The notes: generated by a model not told the origin, from the letters alone. A DNA stretch of 42,708 bases from a virus (IMGVR_UViG_3300042195_000141:1-42708); one strand, 5' to 3'. Counted from the first letter of the stretch, positions 1 through 8,958 are shown. Translations and numbers: made by a program.

Positions 1-154
1 TTCACCATGACGGCGGCGGCGAGGGCGCCGAGACGCTCGACATGCACGGGATAGCCCTCCGTGCGCTGCCCCGGCCGGCGGAGGTCGGATGGGAGGAGGG
101 GGGGCACGCGAAGTGAGCGAACTCTAGGGGGGGGAGGGGGTAGGGGGAGGGGGG

Positions 155-406
155 GTGCCTACTACTACCGGTAGCCGTAGGCTAGAAGAAGCAGGGGGTG
201 AGGAACCCGGGCGCGGCCCCGCCGGGGAGGGTGGACCGCCGGCGCCGCCCCGTCCTTGCTCCTTCTGCCGCCGGCCCGCCGAACCCCCGGCCTACCGCAC
301 CATCTACGTCCGCGACCACCGGGCCCCCGGGGGGCTCCGCCGTGACTACCTGACCTTCTGCTCCGTGCGGTGCGCCGACAGCTACCAGATGGGGTGCGAG
401 GGCTAA
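155..406 (+). CDS. small zinc-finger protein (TRASH/MYM-like CxxC...FCSxxC)
   Basis: CSFC...FCSVRC motif; start codon uncertain. Confidence 0.5.
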   Translation: MPTTTGSRRLEEAGGEEPGRGPAGEGGPPAPPRPCSFCRRPAEPPAYRTIYVRDHRAPGGLRRDYLTFCSVRCADSYQMGCEG

Positions 407-407
407 C

Positions 408-686
408 GTGGCGGAGTATCCGGAGGGCCTCACGGCCGCGCTTCGCGGCGCCTTCGCGGACGGCGCGGCGGCCGGCATCAAGGCGGCGCTGTCACCCAGT
501 CCAGGTGCGGGCGCAAAGCTCCTTATCGAGCACCGAGACCGCGACGTGGCCGCGCGCCTGATCGGGATCTTCCTCCCCTGGTGGGCGTCCGGGCTGGCGG
601 CCCTGCCATCTGACCGCGATAGCCTGATCACACCCGGGGCTCTCGCCGCGATCATCGGTCCGTTCGCCTGGTGGGCCGGGAGGTAA
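408..686 (+). CDS. hypothetical membrane protein
   Basis: Abuts upstream stop; hydrophobic C-terminus LAAIIGPFAWWAGR. Confidence 0.45.
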   Translation: MAEYPEGLTAALRGAFADGAAAGIKAALSPSPGAGAKLLIEHRDRDVAARLIGIFLPWWASGLAALPSDRDSLITPGALAAIIGPFAWWAGR

Positions 687-690
687 CGCC

Positions 691-867
691 GTGAGCGTCG
701 GCACATTTCTCGCCTGCGCCTGGCTCCTGGCGGGCCTCGGGGCGGTGCTCTGGATCGCCGTGGACGTTGACAGCCAGCCCCCTGTTGATGACGCAGTGGT
801 GTTCCTGTCGGTTATCGCCGGTATCCTCCTCGGCCCGGTAACTCTGCCCTGGTGGCTGAAGCGATGA
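691..867 (+). CDS. small two-TM membrane protein (58 aa, not in ORF track)
   Basis: GTG 691 after GGGAGG; MSVGTFLACAWLLAGLGAVLWIAV...VVFLSVIAGILLGPVTLPWWLKR; stop overlaps terS start (ATGA). Confidence 0.55.
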   Translation: MSVGTFLACAWLLAGLGAVLWIAVDVDSQPPVDDAVVFLSVIAGILLGPVTLPWWLKR

Positions 868-1451
868 TGGCCGCGGTCACAGCCCCGAAGGAAGGTCGCA
901 ACCCTTCAGCTAAGCCACCTATCAACCCCTGCGGCGATCCGGAGTGCGCCGCCGGCGGGGACCACGGACCGGCCTGGAAGTGCCGAGGCCACAAGTCCAA
1001 GCGCGACGCCCGGGGCAAGAAGGTGCCTTGCGGCGCGCCCCACATCAAGGGCGGCCGGACCTGTAACTCCCATGGCGGTGGCGCTCCGCAGGTCAAGCGC
1101 TCAGCCCGTGAGCGGCTGAATGCGATGATCGACCCCGCGATGGCTATCGTCGAGAAGGGCCTCACGAAGATCCTAAACACCCCCGGGATGGAGGTGAGCG
1201 CTGTGGCCGTGAAGCTCGCCACGGAGGTGATGGACCGAAGCGGCTTCCCACGGGCGAGCAAGGTCGAGCTGGAGCAGGTCGAGGCGAAGATTACGGAGGA
1301 GGAGGGCCGGGCCATCGTGCTGATCGTGCGTCGAGCGTGCGAGCTGGCGGGGCTGGACCTTACCGAGGGTGCCGCACGGTCCGCGGTCGGTAAGGCCCTG
1401 CGGGAGTGGGCGGACAAGAAACGAAGAGGCGAGGAGGCGACGAATCCATGA
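864..1451 (+). CDS. terS: terminase small subunit (HGG-motif type)
   Basis: C..H...GGRTCNSHGGGAPQVKRSARERL motif typical of HGGxSTG-type small terminases; lies upstream of terL. Confidence 0.65.
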   Translation: MMAAVTAPKEGRNPSAKPPINPCGDPECAAGGDHGPAWKCRGHKSKRDARGKKVPCGAPHIKGGRTCNSHGGGAPQVKRSARERLNAMIDPAMAIVEKGLTKILNTPGMEVSAVAVKLATEVMDRSGFPRASKVELEQVEAKITEEEGRAIVLIVRRACELAGLDLTEGAARSAVGKALREWADKKRRGEEATNP

Positions 1452-1780
1452 AGATGCCGCGCGGACTGCTCAAGATCCTCATGGCGGCGAGTCGCTCGAG
1501 GCCGGGGTATCGCCCGCCGACGCGGACGAGTTTCCGCCCGTGGCCGCGCCGAGTGCGCCGACTCCTCGCCCGCGCCGGCCGGTATGAGGCTCGACTTCGC
1601 GCCGCGGCCCGGGAAGTACTCGAATCTCACGCGAGGTGGGAGGAGCGCTGGCTACGGAGCCAGGGGCGGTGGGATAGTGATCTGTGCCGGCGCGCGTTCC
1701 GGTTCGCCGTCGAGGAGTACGGCAGGGTCGTGGAGTCCGGAGATCCGGGCTGGCCCCCACTACGGTACTCCCGGCCCTGA
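1448..1780 (+). CDS. hypothetical basic protein
   Basis: ATGA overlap with terS stop. Confidence 0.4.
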   Translation: MKMPRGLLKILMAASRSRPGYRPPTRTSFRPWPRRVRRLLARAGRYEARLRAAAREVLESHARWEERWLRSQGRWDSDLCRRAFRFAVEEYGRVVESGDPGWPPLRYSRP

Positions 1781-2063
1781 GGACCCAGGCGGCCCCGCAC
1801 TACTGCCGGTTGGCACTCCGGCTACTCAAGCGTTGGGTTGAGCGCTGCTGAGCGAAGTGGAAACTGATGTCGATTCAAATCGGACGTCCCCGAGCGCTGG
1901 AGCCGGCTGAGGCGGAAACGCCGCGTCGGCGCGGTAAGCACCGCCGGGCTATGCCGCGGCACGGATTCTGGGAGCGGCGTTTACTGGGTAACCCGGAATG
2001 GGCTCGGTACGTCGCGGAGTGCGCGCCCGGCCGGCGCTATAATGAAGAGGCTCGCTACGTCGC

Positions 2064-2369
2064 GTGGCTGTTCGAGCACGCCAACCCGGATGGCGTTCAG
2101 GGGCATACGGCCGGGCCACCTGGTCGGACTGCCCTGGCTGCCCGAAGTGCGAGCCGAACGACGGCCTGGTGCTGCGCCGTGGCTCATGGCGCACCACCAA
2201 GGCCCATGAGTACGTGTTCCTGCTAGCGAAGAGCCCCGACTACTTCGCCGACGGGGAGGCGGTACGGGAAGCTGCGGGGCAGCCGCTGGGCGCGCCGGAG
2301 CTGACCGCGCAACATAAGCGCGAGCGTTACCTCGGCGAGCCGGCCGTCGCAACCGGGGTGGCGGCATGA
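2064..2369 (+). pseudogene. internal fragment of an N4/N6 DNA methyltransferase
   Basis: WRTTKAHEYVFLLAKSPDYFADGEAVRE matches the conserved 'T.aHEY.FLl.KS..Y..D.EA.rE' segment of phage beta-class MTases; no SPPY/DPPY or FxGxG motif present. Confidence 0.65.
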
Positions 2370-2412
2370 AGAAAGCTGACACCCCACCGATCATCCCGGA
2401 AAGGAACTCCGA

Positions 2413-2754
2413 ATGAATCCCGACGTAGAACTTGCCCGCCACTGCGTCCGCCTGCTCAACGAGATGATCGCCTCGGACCCCGCCGCCACGACCGCCCTGC
2501 TCAAGCACCGCGAGACGTGCAACGCCACACTGGCGGACCACCCGACGATCATCGTGGCCGTGGCCGCGGACGAGAAGCGCGGCTACAGCGTCGGCCTACT
2601 CGGCGTCCTGAACGGTCTCTGCGGCTACTACGGCGAGGAGGGCTCGGGGCACGGGCCGGTCGCGGTCCAGTTCGAGAGCGAGCGGGCGCTACGGGCCGTG
2701 GTCCTGGACGAGGAGCCGGAGGTCGACCTCCGGAGGATCGAGCGTCGTGGCTAA
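2413..2754 (+). CDS. hypothetical phage protein
   Basis: AAGGA RBS, ATG, typical codon usage, coupled to next ORF. Confidence 0.7.
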   Translation: MNPDVELARHCVRLLNEMIASDPAATTALLKHRETCNATLADHPTIIVAVAADEKRGYSVGLLGVLNGLCGYYGEEGSGHGPVAVQFESERALRAVVLDEEPEVDLRRIERRG

Positions 2755-2974
2755 GTGCGAGAAATGCGCGGACTGCCGGTGGTGGATGAAGGTTCCCGAA
2801 TTCAGCGACGCCGCCGGGCTCTGCCAAGCCTCGACGACGGTACCGCTCGGGAGCATCTTTCCGAGGGTACCCGAAGACGATAGGCGTCGCACCTCGCTAG
2901 CGACCGTGACCAACGGCGAGCAACTCATTACAGGACCGCAGTTCGGCTGCGCCCAGCACGAAGCCAGGTCGTGA
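2747..2974 (+). CDS. small Cys-rich (metal-binding) protein
   Basis: CADCRWW...GLC...FGCAQHE; overlaps neighbouring genes. Confidence 0.65.
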   Translation: MAKCEKCADCRWWMKVPEFSDAAGLCQASTTVPLGSIFPRVPEDDRRRTSLATVTNGEQLITGPQFGCAQHEARS

Positions 2975-3252
2975 GCGACTCCCAGATCCCGATCCCCTAC
3001 CTCGCCCCGGCCGACTGGGGCGCCGCCAAGCCGCTGGCGCGCCTCACGGTCGAGGGCGGTCGGTTCTACCTCCGCGGCGCGGCCCACGTGATCCGGGCCG
3101 GCCACCAGGTGATGCCCGGGGCTCGTGTGAACCACGCCAAGGACTACTGGACGCTCTCGATGCCGGCGAACCGCGAGCGCATACTCGGCCGGATCAAGTC
3201 GCTCGTCGAGCGGCTCCGGGAAGACTCCGGCGCGGAAGGGGGTGCGGCATGA
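2971..3252 (+). CDS. hypothetical protein
   Basis: GTGA/ATGA coupling on both sides. Confidence 0.6.
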   Translation: MSDSQIPIPYLAPADWGAAKPLARLTVEGGRFYLRGAAHVIRAGHQVMPGARVNHAKDYWTLSMPANRERILGRIKSLVERLREDSGAEGGAA

Positions 3253-3518
3253 TGAGCGGCAAGGCCGCGCTGATAGAGATCGCGAGCGGGAGCACGGCTC
3301 TCGAGTTCCGCTACGCCGGCAACGAGCGGCTCTGCGGCGAGATCGTCAGGGCGCTCTCGGAGGGCACGGGCGCCGTCCAGGTGCGGATCACGGCCGCGGA
3401 CGGCCGCCTGATCGAGGGCTACGTCGAATGCTTCTACGTCGAGTCGAGCGGGACCGTCCGGCTCGGCTTCGCGGGGACGCCCAGTTACGCTGCGCCACCG
3501 GCGGAGAACGTAAACTAG
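3249..3518 (+). CDS. hypothetical protein
   Basis: ATGA overlap; GC3-rich codon usage. Confidence 0.6.
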   Translation: MMSGKAALIEIASGSTALEFRYAGNERLCGEIVRALSEGTGAVQVRITAADGRLIEGYVECFYVESSGTVRLGFAGTPSYAAPPAENVN

Positions 3519-3585
3519 CTGTATGATGGAATCCCCCCGCGACGGGGGAATAGGTTGGGAAACCAAGTAGGAAAGGAGCCTAGAG

Positions 3586-3804
3586 ATGAGCAAGCTGACC
3601 ATCATGGGAACCGAGGGCCACGCGGAGCTGGCGTACGCCGCGGACCAGCCCGAGACTCTGCCGCCGACCGCGGCCACCCGCCGCGGTCGGCTGCGCCCGG
3701 CCGCCTTCGTCCGCACCGGCAACGCCGGCCGTCTCATCCCCGTGTACGCGCAGGATGAGGCGGAGCGCTGGATCGCTCGCCGTCTCGAGCGGGAGGCGGC
3801 GTGA
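3586..3804 (+). CDS. hypothetical protein
   Basis: AAAGGAG RBS before ATG. Confidence 0.55.
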   Translation: MSKLTIMGTEGHAELAYAADQPETLPPTAATRRGRLRPAAFVRTGNAGRLIPVYAQDEAERWIARRLEREAA

Positions 3805-3856
3805 TGGGCGAGCCCGCAACCCCGCTCTGGACCCGAGACGAGGTGATCGACGTCTC

Positions 3857-5353
3857 GTGATCGCCGCGACCCAACCCGGACCCTGGGAGATGGCGGCCGA
3901 CGAGATCGACCCGCCGCGACCCGCGGGCGAAGATCTCCCGAGCGATCCGCGGGGCTTCCGCGCGCTGTGGCCGGAGTTCTTGGGCCCGAGCTGGGCGGGC
4001 TGGGCCAGCATCGAGGATGCCGTCTTCGGTCTCGAGCCGGCGAACCCGGGGCTATTCGCCCGGGTCACCGGCGACAGGGCGCCGCCGACCGAACCGGTCT
4101 CCGAGGTCTGGGCGATCGTCGGCCGCGGCGGCGGCAAGTCTCGTTGGGCCGCTCGGATGGCGGCGTACTTCGCGACCGCGCGCGCCTATCGCCGCGCCCC
4201 CGGGGAGCGGATCTACTGCGGCATTTTCGCTCCGGATCGCCGCCAGTCCAAGGTCACGCTCTCCTACGTCTCGGGCCTACTCCACGAGGTGCCTACCCTG
4301 GAGCGGCTGATCGAGCGCGAGCAGCGCGAGAGCATCGAGCTATCCCACGGGACAACTGTCGAGGTGATCACGGCGAGCAAGGCGGCACCCCGCGGCCGGT
4401 CCTACGCTCTGGCGATCATCGAGGAGGCAGCGTTCCTGCCCCAGGACAGTAGCTCGGACCCGGACACGGAGCTGCTCCGGGCCCTGCGCCCGGCGCTGTC
4501 CCGGGTGGAGGGCTCCATGCTCGTCGTGATCTCCTCACCGTACGCCCGCAAGGGTGAGCTGTGGAGGGCTTGGGAGCGCTACTACGGCAAGGACTCTCCG
4601 TCCTCGCTGGTGGTCCAGGCGGACACGCTCACGCTTAACCCGCGGTTCGATGTCCGGGAGATCGAGCGCGCCCGCTTCGAGGATCCGGCTTCCGCCGCGG
4701 CGGAGTACGGCGCGGAGTTCCGGCGGGATGTAGAGTCGTTCGTGGCACGCGAGGTGGTCGAGGCCGCGATCGCGGACGGCTGCCGGGAGCGCCCCCCCCG
4801 ACCCGGGATCGACTACCGCGCGTTCGTCGACCCCTCGGGCGGATCAGTGGACAGCTTCACGCTCGCGATCGGACACGCCGAGGTCCGCGGCGGCCAGCCC
4901 GTGGCGGTGCTCGACGCGCTCCGCGAGCAGCGCCCGCCGTTCTCACCCGAATCCACCGTAGAGGAGTTCGCGGCCTTGCTGCGGACCTACGGCGTGCGCC
5001 ACGTGGAGGGGGACCGCTACGCCGGCGAGTGGCCGCGGGAGGCGTTCCGGCGGTACGGCATCGAGTACGAGCCGGCCGGCGCGCCGAAGTCCGACCTCTA
5101 CCGCGACGCGCTCGCCGTCCTCAACGCCGGCCGCGTGGAGCTGCTCGACCACGAGCGGCTCAAGACCCAGCTGGTGGGCCTCGAGCGCAAGACCGCCCGC
5201 GGCGGACGCGACTCGATCGACCACCCGCCCGGCGGGCATGACGACGTCGCGAACGTAGCGTGCGGACTGGCGTGCCGGCTCGCCGTCGTGCCGCCGAAGA
5301 AGCAACCTAGGAAGATCCGCCTCGTGGCGGGTAGGAGGGTACTTAGGCGATGA
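3857..5353 (+). CDS. terL: terminase large subunit
   Basis: Walker A (VGRGGGKS), Walker B (LAIIEEAAF), motif III (VISSP), RuvC-like nuclease (FVDPSGGSVDSF...HDDVANV); likely start GTG 3857 after GAGGTG. Confidence 0.92.
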   Translation: MIAATQPGPWEMAADEIDPPRPAGEDLPSDPRGFRALWPEFLGPSWAGWASIEDAVFGLEPANPGLFARVTGDRAPPTEPVSEVWAIVGRGGGKSRWAARMAAYFATARAYRRAPGERIYCGIFAPDRRQSKVTLSYVSGLLHEVPTLERLIEREQRESIELSHGTTVEVITASKAAPRGRSYALAIIEEAAFLPQDSSSDPDTELLRALRPALSRVEGSMLVVISSPYARKGELWRAWERYYGKDSPSSLVVQADTLTLNPRFDVREIERARFEDPASAAAEYGAEFRRDVESFVAREVVEAAIADGCRERPPRPGIDYRAFVDPSGGSVDSFTLAIGHAEVRGGQPVAVLDALREQRPPFSPESTVEEFAALLRTYGVRHVEGDRYAGEWPREAFRRYGIEYEPAGAPKSDLYRDALAVLNAGRVELLDHERLKTQLVGLERKTARGGRDSIDHPPGGHDDVANVACGLACRLAVVPPKKQPRKIRLVAGRRVLRR

Positions 5354-5667
5354 TGAACAAGGGCCGTAGAAGGAGCGTACTACCCGAAGCCGTCGTGGCC
5401 TTAGCGTTGCTGGCTTACTGCACCGCCGGCTGCACGGTCGCAGCGCGCCAGGTGCAACCCGCCGGCCTCGACGACATGGAGGCCGGCTGGATCAGCTACC
5501 CGGAGGACGGCCCGGCCGCCAGTCGCGCACTCGCCCTCCGCCGCGTCCGGGAGTACTGCGGCGGGCCGTTTACCGTGACGGGTGAGCGCCCGACCTGGGA
5601 GCGGTACGGCTTCTCGCTGTTGCCGACACCGATGATCCGGCTGGACTTTCGCTGCGGGGCGGCCTAG
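5350..5667 (+). CDS. putative lipoprotein
   Basis: Basic N-terminus, hydrophobic stretch, lipobox-like TAGC. Confidence 0.55.
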   Translation: MMNKGRRRSVLPEAVVALALLAYCTAGCTVAARQVQPAGLDDMEAGWISYPEDGPAASRALALRRVREYCGGPFTVTGERPTWERYGFSLLPTPMIRLDFRCGAA

Positions 5668-5701
5668 CGATCCTGGGCATGGTACGGAAGGAGCTAGGGC
5701 T

Positions 5702-6049
5702 GTGACCCGTACGGAACAGCTCGAGCGGCTCCAGGCCGCCTACGCCGCGGAGGCGCGCCCGGCCTTCCGGGACCTCTATGAGCAGGCGCTCAGGCTGTTC
5801 TCAGATCTCACGATGGCGGAGGTGTGCTCCTATTGGCTCGGTAACGGTGGCGCGACTACCGCGGAGGAGATCCGGGCGCTCAGTTACGAGGAGCTGGTCG
5901 AGCGCGTCCAGCTCTCTGCGGACCGCGGCCGGCTAAGTCGCCGCTGGCGCCGGTTCTGGTTCCGGTTCGAGGCGATCGAGATCCGGCGGGCCGGCCGGCG
6001 CGAGTTGCGAATGGAACGGCGCCGGAAGCGATGGGGTTGGGCGCCGTGA
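5702..6049 (+). CDS. hypothetical protein
   Basis: AAGGAG RBS, GTG start, coupled to next gene. Confidence 0.6.
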   Translation: MTRTEQLERLQAAYAAEARPAFRDLYEQALRLFSDLTMAEVCSYWLGNGGATTAEEIRALSYEELVERVQLSADRGRLSRRWRRFWFRFEAIEIRRAGRRELRMERRRKRWGWAP

Positions 6050-6327
6050 ACCTCTTCAACGAGTTGGTGCGGCCCGCACTCGTGCTCGGACCGCGTCCGC
6101 AGGCCGCTACCGGCCAGGCCTGCCCGAAGTGCCGCTGGGCCGGCAAAGAGTCCGGCTCCGGCTGGACCAAGTACGTGTGGGTCTCCCCGGGGGACGCCAC
6201 CCGCCACAACGTCCGTGACGAGGGCGGCAAGCCCGTCGGCGAGTGCCTCATGGTCTCGTGCGGGCGGTGCAACTACCGCTGGCGCGAGGACGTTGCAACC
6301 CCGGAGCCGGAGGCCAAGCCGTCGTGA
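6046..6327 (+). CDS. zinc-ribbon protein
   Basis: CPKC...CGRC; GTGA overlap. Confidence 0.6.
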   Translation: MNLFNELVRPALVLGPRPQAATGQACPKCRWAGKESGSGWTKYVWVSPGDATRHNVRDEGGKPVGECLMVSCGRCNYRWREDVATPEPEAKPS

Positions 6328-6524
6328 GTGACGTCCGCTGCCCTTCGTGCTCCCAGCTTATCGCCCGCGTCCGCGAGAGCGACGGCGCCGTGGAGGTGCG
6401 TCAGCGCGGCAAGCCGCTGGCCGTGGTGCGCCAGGGCGAGGTCTACTGCGCGCGGTGCGGCGTCTCCGTGGGGGTGAAAGCGGACCAGCCGGAGGTCAAG
6501 ACGGTGTTCCGCGGCCTTTCATAG
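6324..6524 (+). CDS. Mu Com-like zinc-ribbon protein
   Basis: MSDVRCPSCSQLIAR...EVYCARCG. Confidence 0.55.
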   Translation: MSDVRCPSCSQLIARVRESDGAVEVRQRGKPLAVVRQGEVYCARCGVSVGVKADQPEVKTVFRGLS

Positions 6525-6550
6525 TAGACGTAACCGAAGCCAACCATTCG

Positions 6551-6639
6551 ACTTACGGACTTTCTTCGCCAATCTTCACGTCGGGGGTTTACTTTTCCGC
6601 GCCGGGGCGCTATAGTTGGTTCAACGAGAAAGGGGAAAC
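6551..6639 (+). repeat. promoter/RBS cassette copy 1 (inverted relative to copies 2 and 3)
   Basis: ACTTACGGACTTTCTTCGCCAATCTTCACGTCGGGGGTTTACTTTTCCGCGCCGGGGCGCTATAGTTG is identical to the reverse complement of the cassettes ending at 15725 and 18982. Confidence 0.95.
6588..6616 (+). promoter_or_regulatory. sigma70-type promoter
   Basis: TTTACT (6588-6593), 17-nt spacer, TATAGT (6611-6616), followed by AAAGGGG RBS and ATG 6644. Confidence 0.8.
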
Positions 6640-6643
6640 CGAA

Positions 6644-6982
6644 ATGGAGACCATCGCTAAGCCCGCGAAGCTGAAGTCCGGCGCCTGGGGCGCCCGCGTC
6701 GAAGCGCCGGTTAAGGCCGGCGACACCGTTACGATCCGGACCGCCGCCGGCAAGTCCTGGCAGGCGCGCGTCGAGCGCGTCGTCTGGACCGACGGCTACG
6801 TCTCGCTCTGTGCGACGCAGAGCCTGGACCGCCCGGCGAGCAGCCGGCCTACCGGCGAGCGCGGTATCTGCGCCAACTGCGGCGACCGCTGCAGCCCCCT
6901 CTACCGTACCTGTTATGAGTGCTCGCGCGGCGGCGCGAGCTTCTACGACGCCGGCCGCTTTGTCCTCGGATCGGACGACTAA
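6644..6982 (+). CDS. early phage protein, SH3-like N-domain plus C-terminal zinc finger
   Basis: METIAKPAKLKSGAWGARV...GDTVTIRTAAGKSW; CANC...CYEC; directly after the promoter cassette. Confidence 0.75.
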   Translation: METIAKPAKLKSGAWGARVEAPVKAGDTVTIRTAAGKSWQARVERVVWTDGYVSLCATQSLDRPASSRPTGERGICANCGDRCSPLYRTCYECSRGGASFYDAGRFVLGSDD

Positions 6983-7037
6983 CCCCCCCCTATGAGCGGG
7001 CGGCATACCGCCCCCCGCTGACCAGGAGCCCTGAGAG

Positions 7038-7839
7038 ATGACCGAGACCCTGAACCCCGAGCTTACCCCGACCGAGAGCGGCGCAATCTTCCTCGAGCGC
7101 GTCGCGGTCGGAGACACCGGTTATCATCTTGAATTCCCGCGGCAGGCGGCGCGTTGCTCAGGTAACGCGCGTCACCGCCAAGCAGATCGAGGCGGGCGGC
7201 TCTCGCTTCCGCAAGCACGGCGGTGACGAGATCGGCTCGAGCAGCCGCTATAGCCGGTCGTCGGTCCGCCTCGCGTGCGCCGGTGAGATCGAGCAGCTGC
7301 GGCGGGAAGCCGAAGAACGGGCTGCGGAGTACGCCGCCTCCGCCGCCAAGGATCGCGAGGCCAAGCGCGGCCGGACCGCCGGGCTCCTTTTGGCCGCCCA
7401 CGAGGCGCTCAGGGCGAAGACCGCTGCCGAGGTGGACCCGTTGTCCCGCGACGAGGACAGGTTTACCGTGACGCTGGGGGTGGCCGTACACGAGGCGATC
7501 TACGCCCTGGACGCCGCTGAAAAGGGCGTCCGCTCCGCGGCCGAGTCGCTCCGCCGCCAGGCCGAGGAGCTGGACCGCGCCGTCGAGCGCGACGGCGGCT
7601 ATGTCGCCTCCTTCTACTCCCAGGCGATGTTCGAGGCCCGCGGCGAGGAGGAGAAGCGCGCCGCCGCCGTCGAGAACGGCCGGCAGATCGTGAAGCTGGT
7701 CGCAGCCCACCTCGGCGTCGAGTTCAAGGAGCTGGTCGCTCCGATGGCGGCGCCGGCCGAGCAGTCCGATATCATCGCGGAGGGTGAGGACGGCGCGGTG
7801 ATCCACGACACGCTCGGCGAGGAAGGCGGCGCGTCGTGA
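7038..7839 (+). pseudogene. frameshifted gene (beta-barrel plus coiled coil)
   Basis: Removing one G at ~7119-7120 joins ORF 7038 to ORF 7129..7839, giving ...VAVGDTVIILNSRGRRRVAQVTRVTAKQIEAGGSRF... Confidence 0.65.
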
Positions 7840-8020
7840 ACCTGGAGCCAACCGATAAGGTTCTCCGAACCGTCGGGGAGACGCGAGGCGCCGCTGCGGC
7901 AGGCTGCCCACGTCCACGGACAGTACGTCTGCCGCGACGCGGATGACTGTAACCGGGCGTGGACCGAACAGGAGGGGAACTTGGCGTCATGAGCGACCAG
8001 TACCCCGAGGAGTACCGCCG

Positions 8021-8323
8021 GTGAGCCCGCAACAGCTCGACCGCGTCGCCCGCGCGAGCGACCTCTTTATGCTCGGGGAATATGACGGTTCCCACGCCTG
8101 CGCGGTTCACGACCGCGACTACTTTAGTTCGGACGCGGACTACGAGGAGTACATGCGCGGTGTGCGCGAGGGCGAGGCGCGGGTAGCCTTCCGCGTCGAA
8201 TCCTTCTCCGCAAAAACACTCTCGCACCACGGATCCGCCGGTAAACGAGCGCGGCGCGCCGGGGAAGCCGCTTACTCTGCCGGTGTCGACGGCTACGGCC
8301 GCCACCACAGTCGCCCCGGGTGA
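8021..8323 (+). CDS. hypothetical protein
   Basis: GAGGAG RBS, GTG start; TGATG overlap with next ORF. Confidence 0.55.
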   Translation: MSPQQLDRVARASDLFMLGEYDGSHACAVHDRDYFSSDADYEEYMRGVREGEARVAFRVESFSAKTLSHHGSAGKRARRAGEAAYSAGVDGYGRHHSRPG

Positions 8324-8550
8324 TGAGATACCAGGCGTACCGCCCGCCGCCCGCCGGGGCGGTCATCCTCGCGGACCTGCCGCGGATCAACTTCCTCGGC
8401 GAGTCGCGCGTCCTGTACCCCTGCTCCGCGTGCGGCGTCGAAGGAACGTGGGGCGAGGGCTGGGAGTAGTACGGATCGATGCTCGACTGGGACAACGGCT
8501 ACGTGATGGAGATACTATGCCCGGACTGCCCGCGATTGGAGAATACCTGA
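8323..8550 (+). pseudogene. zinc-finger gene with an in-frame TAG
   Basis: MRYQAY...CSACGVEGTWGEGWE*YGSMLDWDNGYVMEILCPDC...; TAG at 8467-8469 splits two CxxC halves. Confidence 0.6.
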
Positions 8551-8690
8551 CGGCCACGGAACGGCTGATCACGTCCGAGGGCCGTCTCGTGATCCTGGAC
8601 TTCCGCAACCGCCGGGCCAGGCCCGCGCGCTGGGATCGCCCGGGGCGACCCGCCCTGGACCGCGTAGTCCGGCTCGCGGAGAGCGGGGGC

Positions 8691-8719
8691 TTTACTTCTG
8701 TCGCGGGCCGCGGTATAGT
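8691..8719 (+). promoter_or_regulatory. sigma70-type promoter of the tRNA/Y-RNA/Ro operon
   Basis: TTTACT (8691-8696), 17 nt, TATAGT (8714-8719); same hexamers as the triplicated cassette. Confidence 0.8.
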
Positions 8720-8725
8720 ACTTCC

Positions 8726-8832
8726 CGTGAACGACCCGGGACGATCAAGCGACAAGAGCATCGGCTCCGGCTAGTCCGGCGTCCCCCCTTTCCGGGTCGG
8801 TTCACGCGCCGGGTGAACCCGGAGCCGGTTTT
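8726..8832 (+). ncRNA. structured 5' leader / small RNA with alternative pairings
   Basis: CGTGAACGACCCGG (8726-8739) pairs with CCGGGTC-G-GTTCACG (8792-8806); CGGCTCCGG (8762-8770) pairs with CCGGAGCCG (8819-8827); GGTTCAC/GTGAACC hairpin 8799-8819. Confidence 0.5.
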
Positions 8833-8882
8833 CCGCTCATTGATAACGGTATAGACTTTCCCGCGTACTGCCGTAGCGTACA

Positions 8883-8958
8883 CGCAAACTAGCTCAATCG
8901 GTAGAGCATTCGATTCGAAATCGAAAAGTTCCCGGTTCAATTCCGGGGCTTGCGACCA
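8883..8958 (+). tRNA. tRNA with CGA (Ser) anticodon on a class-I, Phe-like body
   Basis: Acceptor CGCAAAC/GCTTGCG (one mismatch), D arm GCTC-AATCGGTA-GAGC, anticodon arm TTCGA-TTCGAAA-TCGAA, 5-nt variable loop, T arm CCCGG-TTCAATT-CCGGG, discriminator A plus encoded CCA. Confidence 0.9.

Noticed and set aside
8467-8469. Genome-wide TAG recoding
   Set aside because: Many clear genes (major capsid, decoration, tail tube, cREC) end in TAG, and no suppressor tRNA is seen.
8283-8774. 163-aa ORF before the RNA cluster
   Set aside because: It overlaps the better-supported zinc-finger frame and runs through the promoter and leader; probably spurious.
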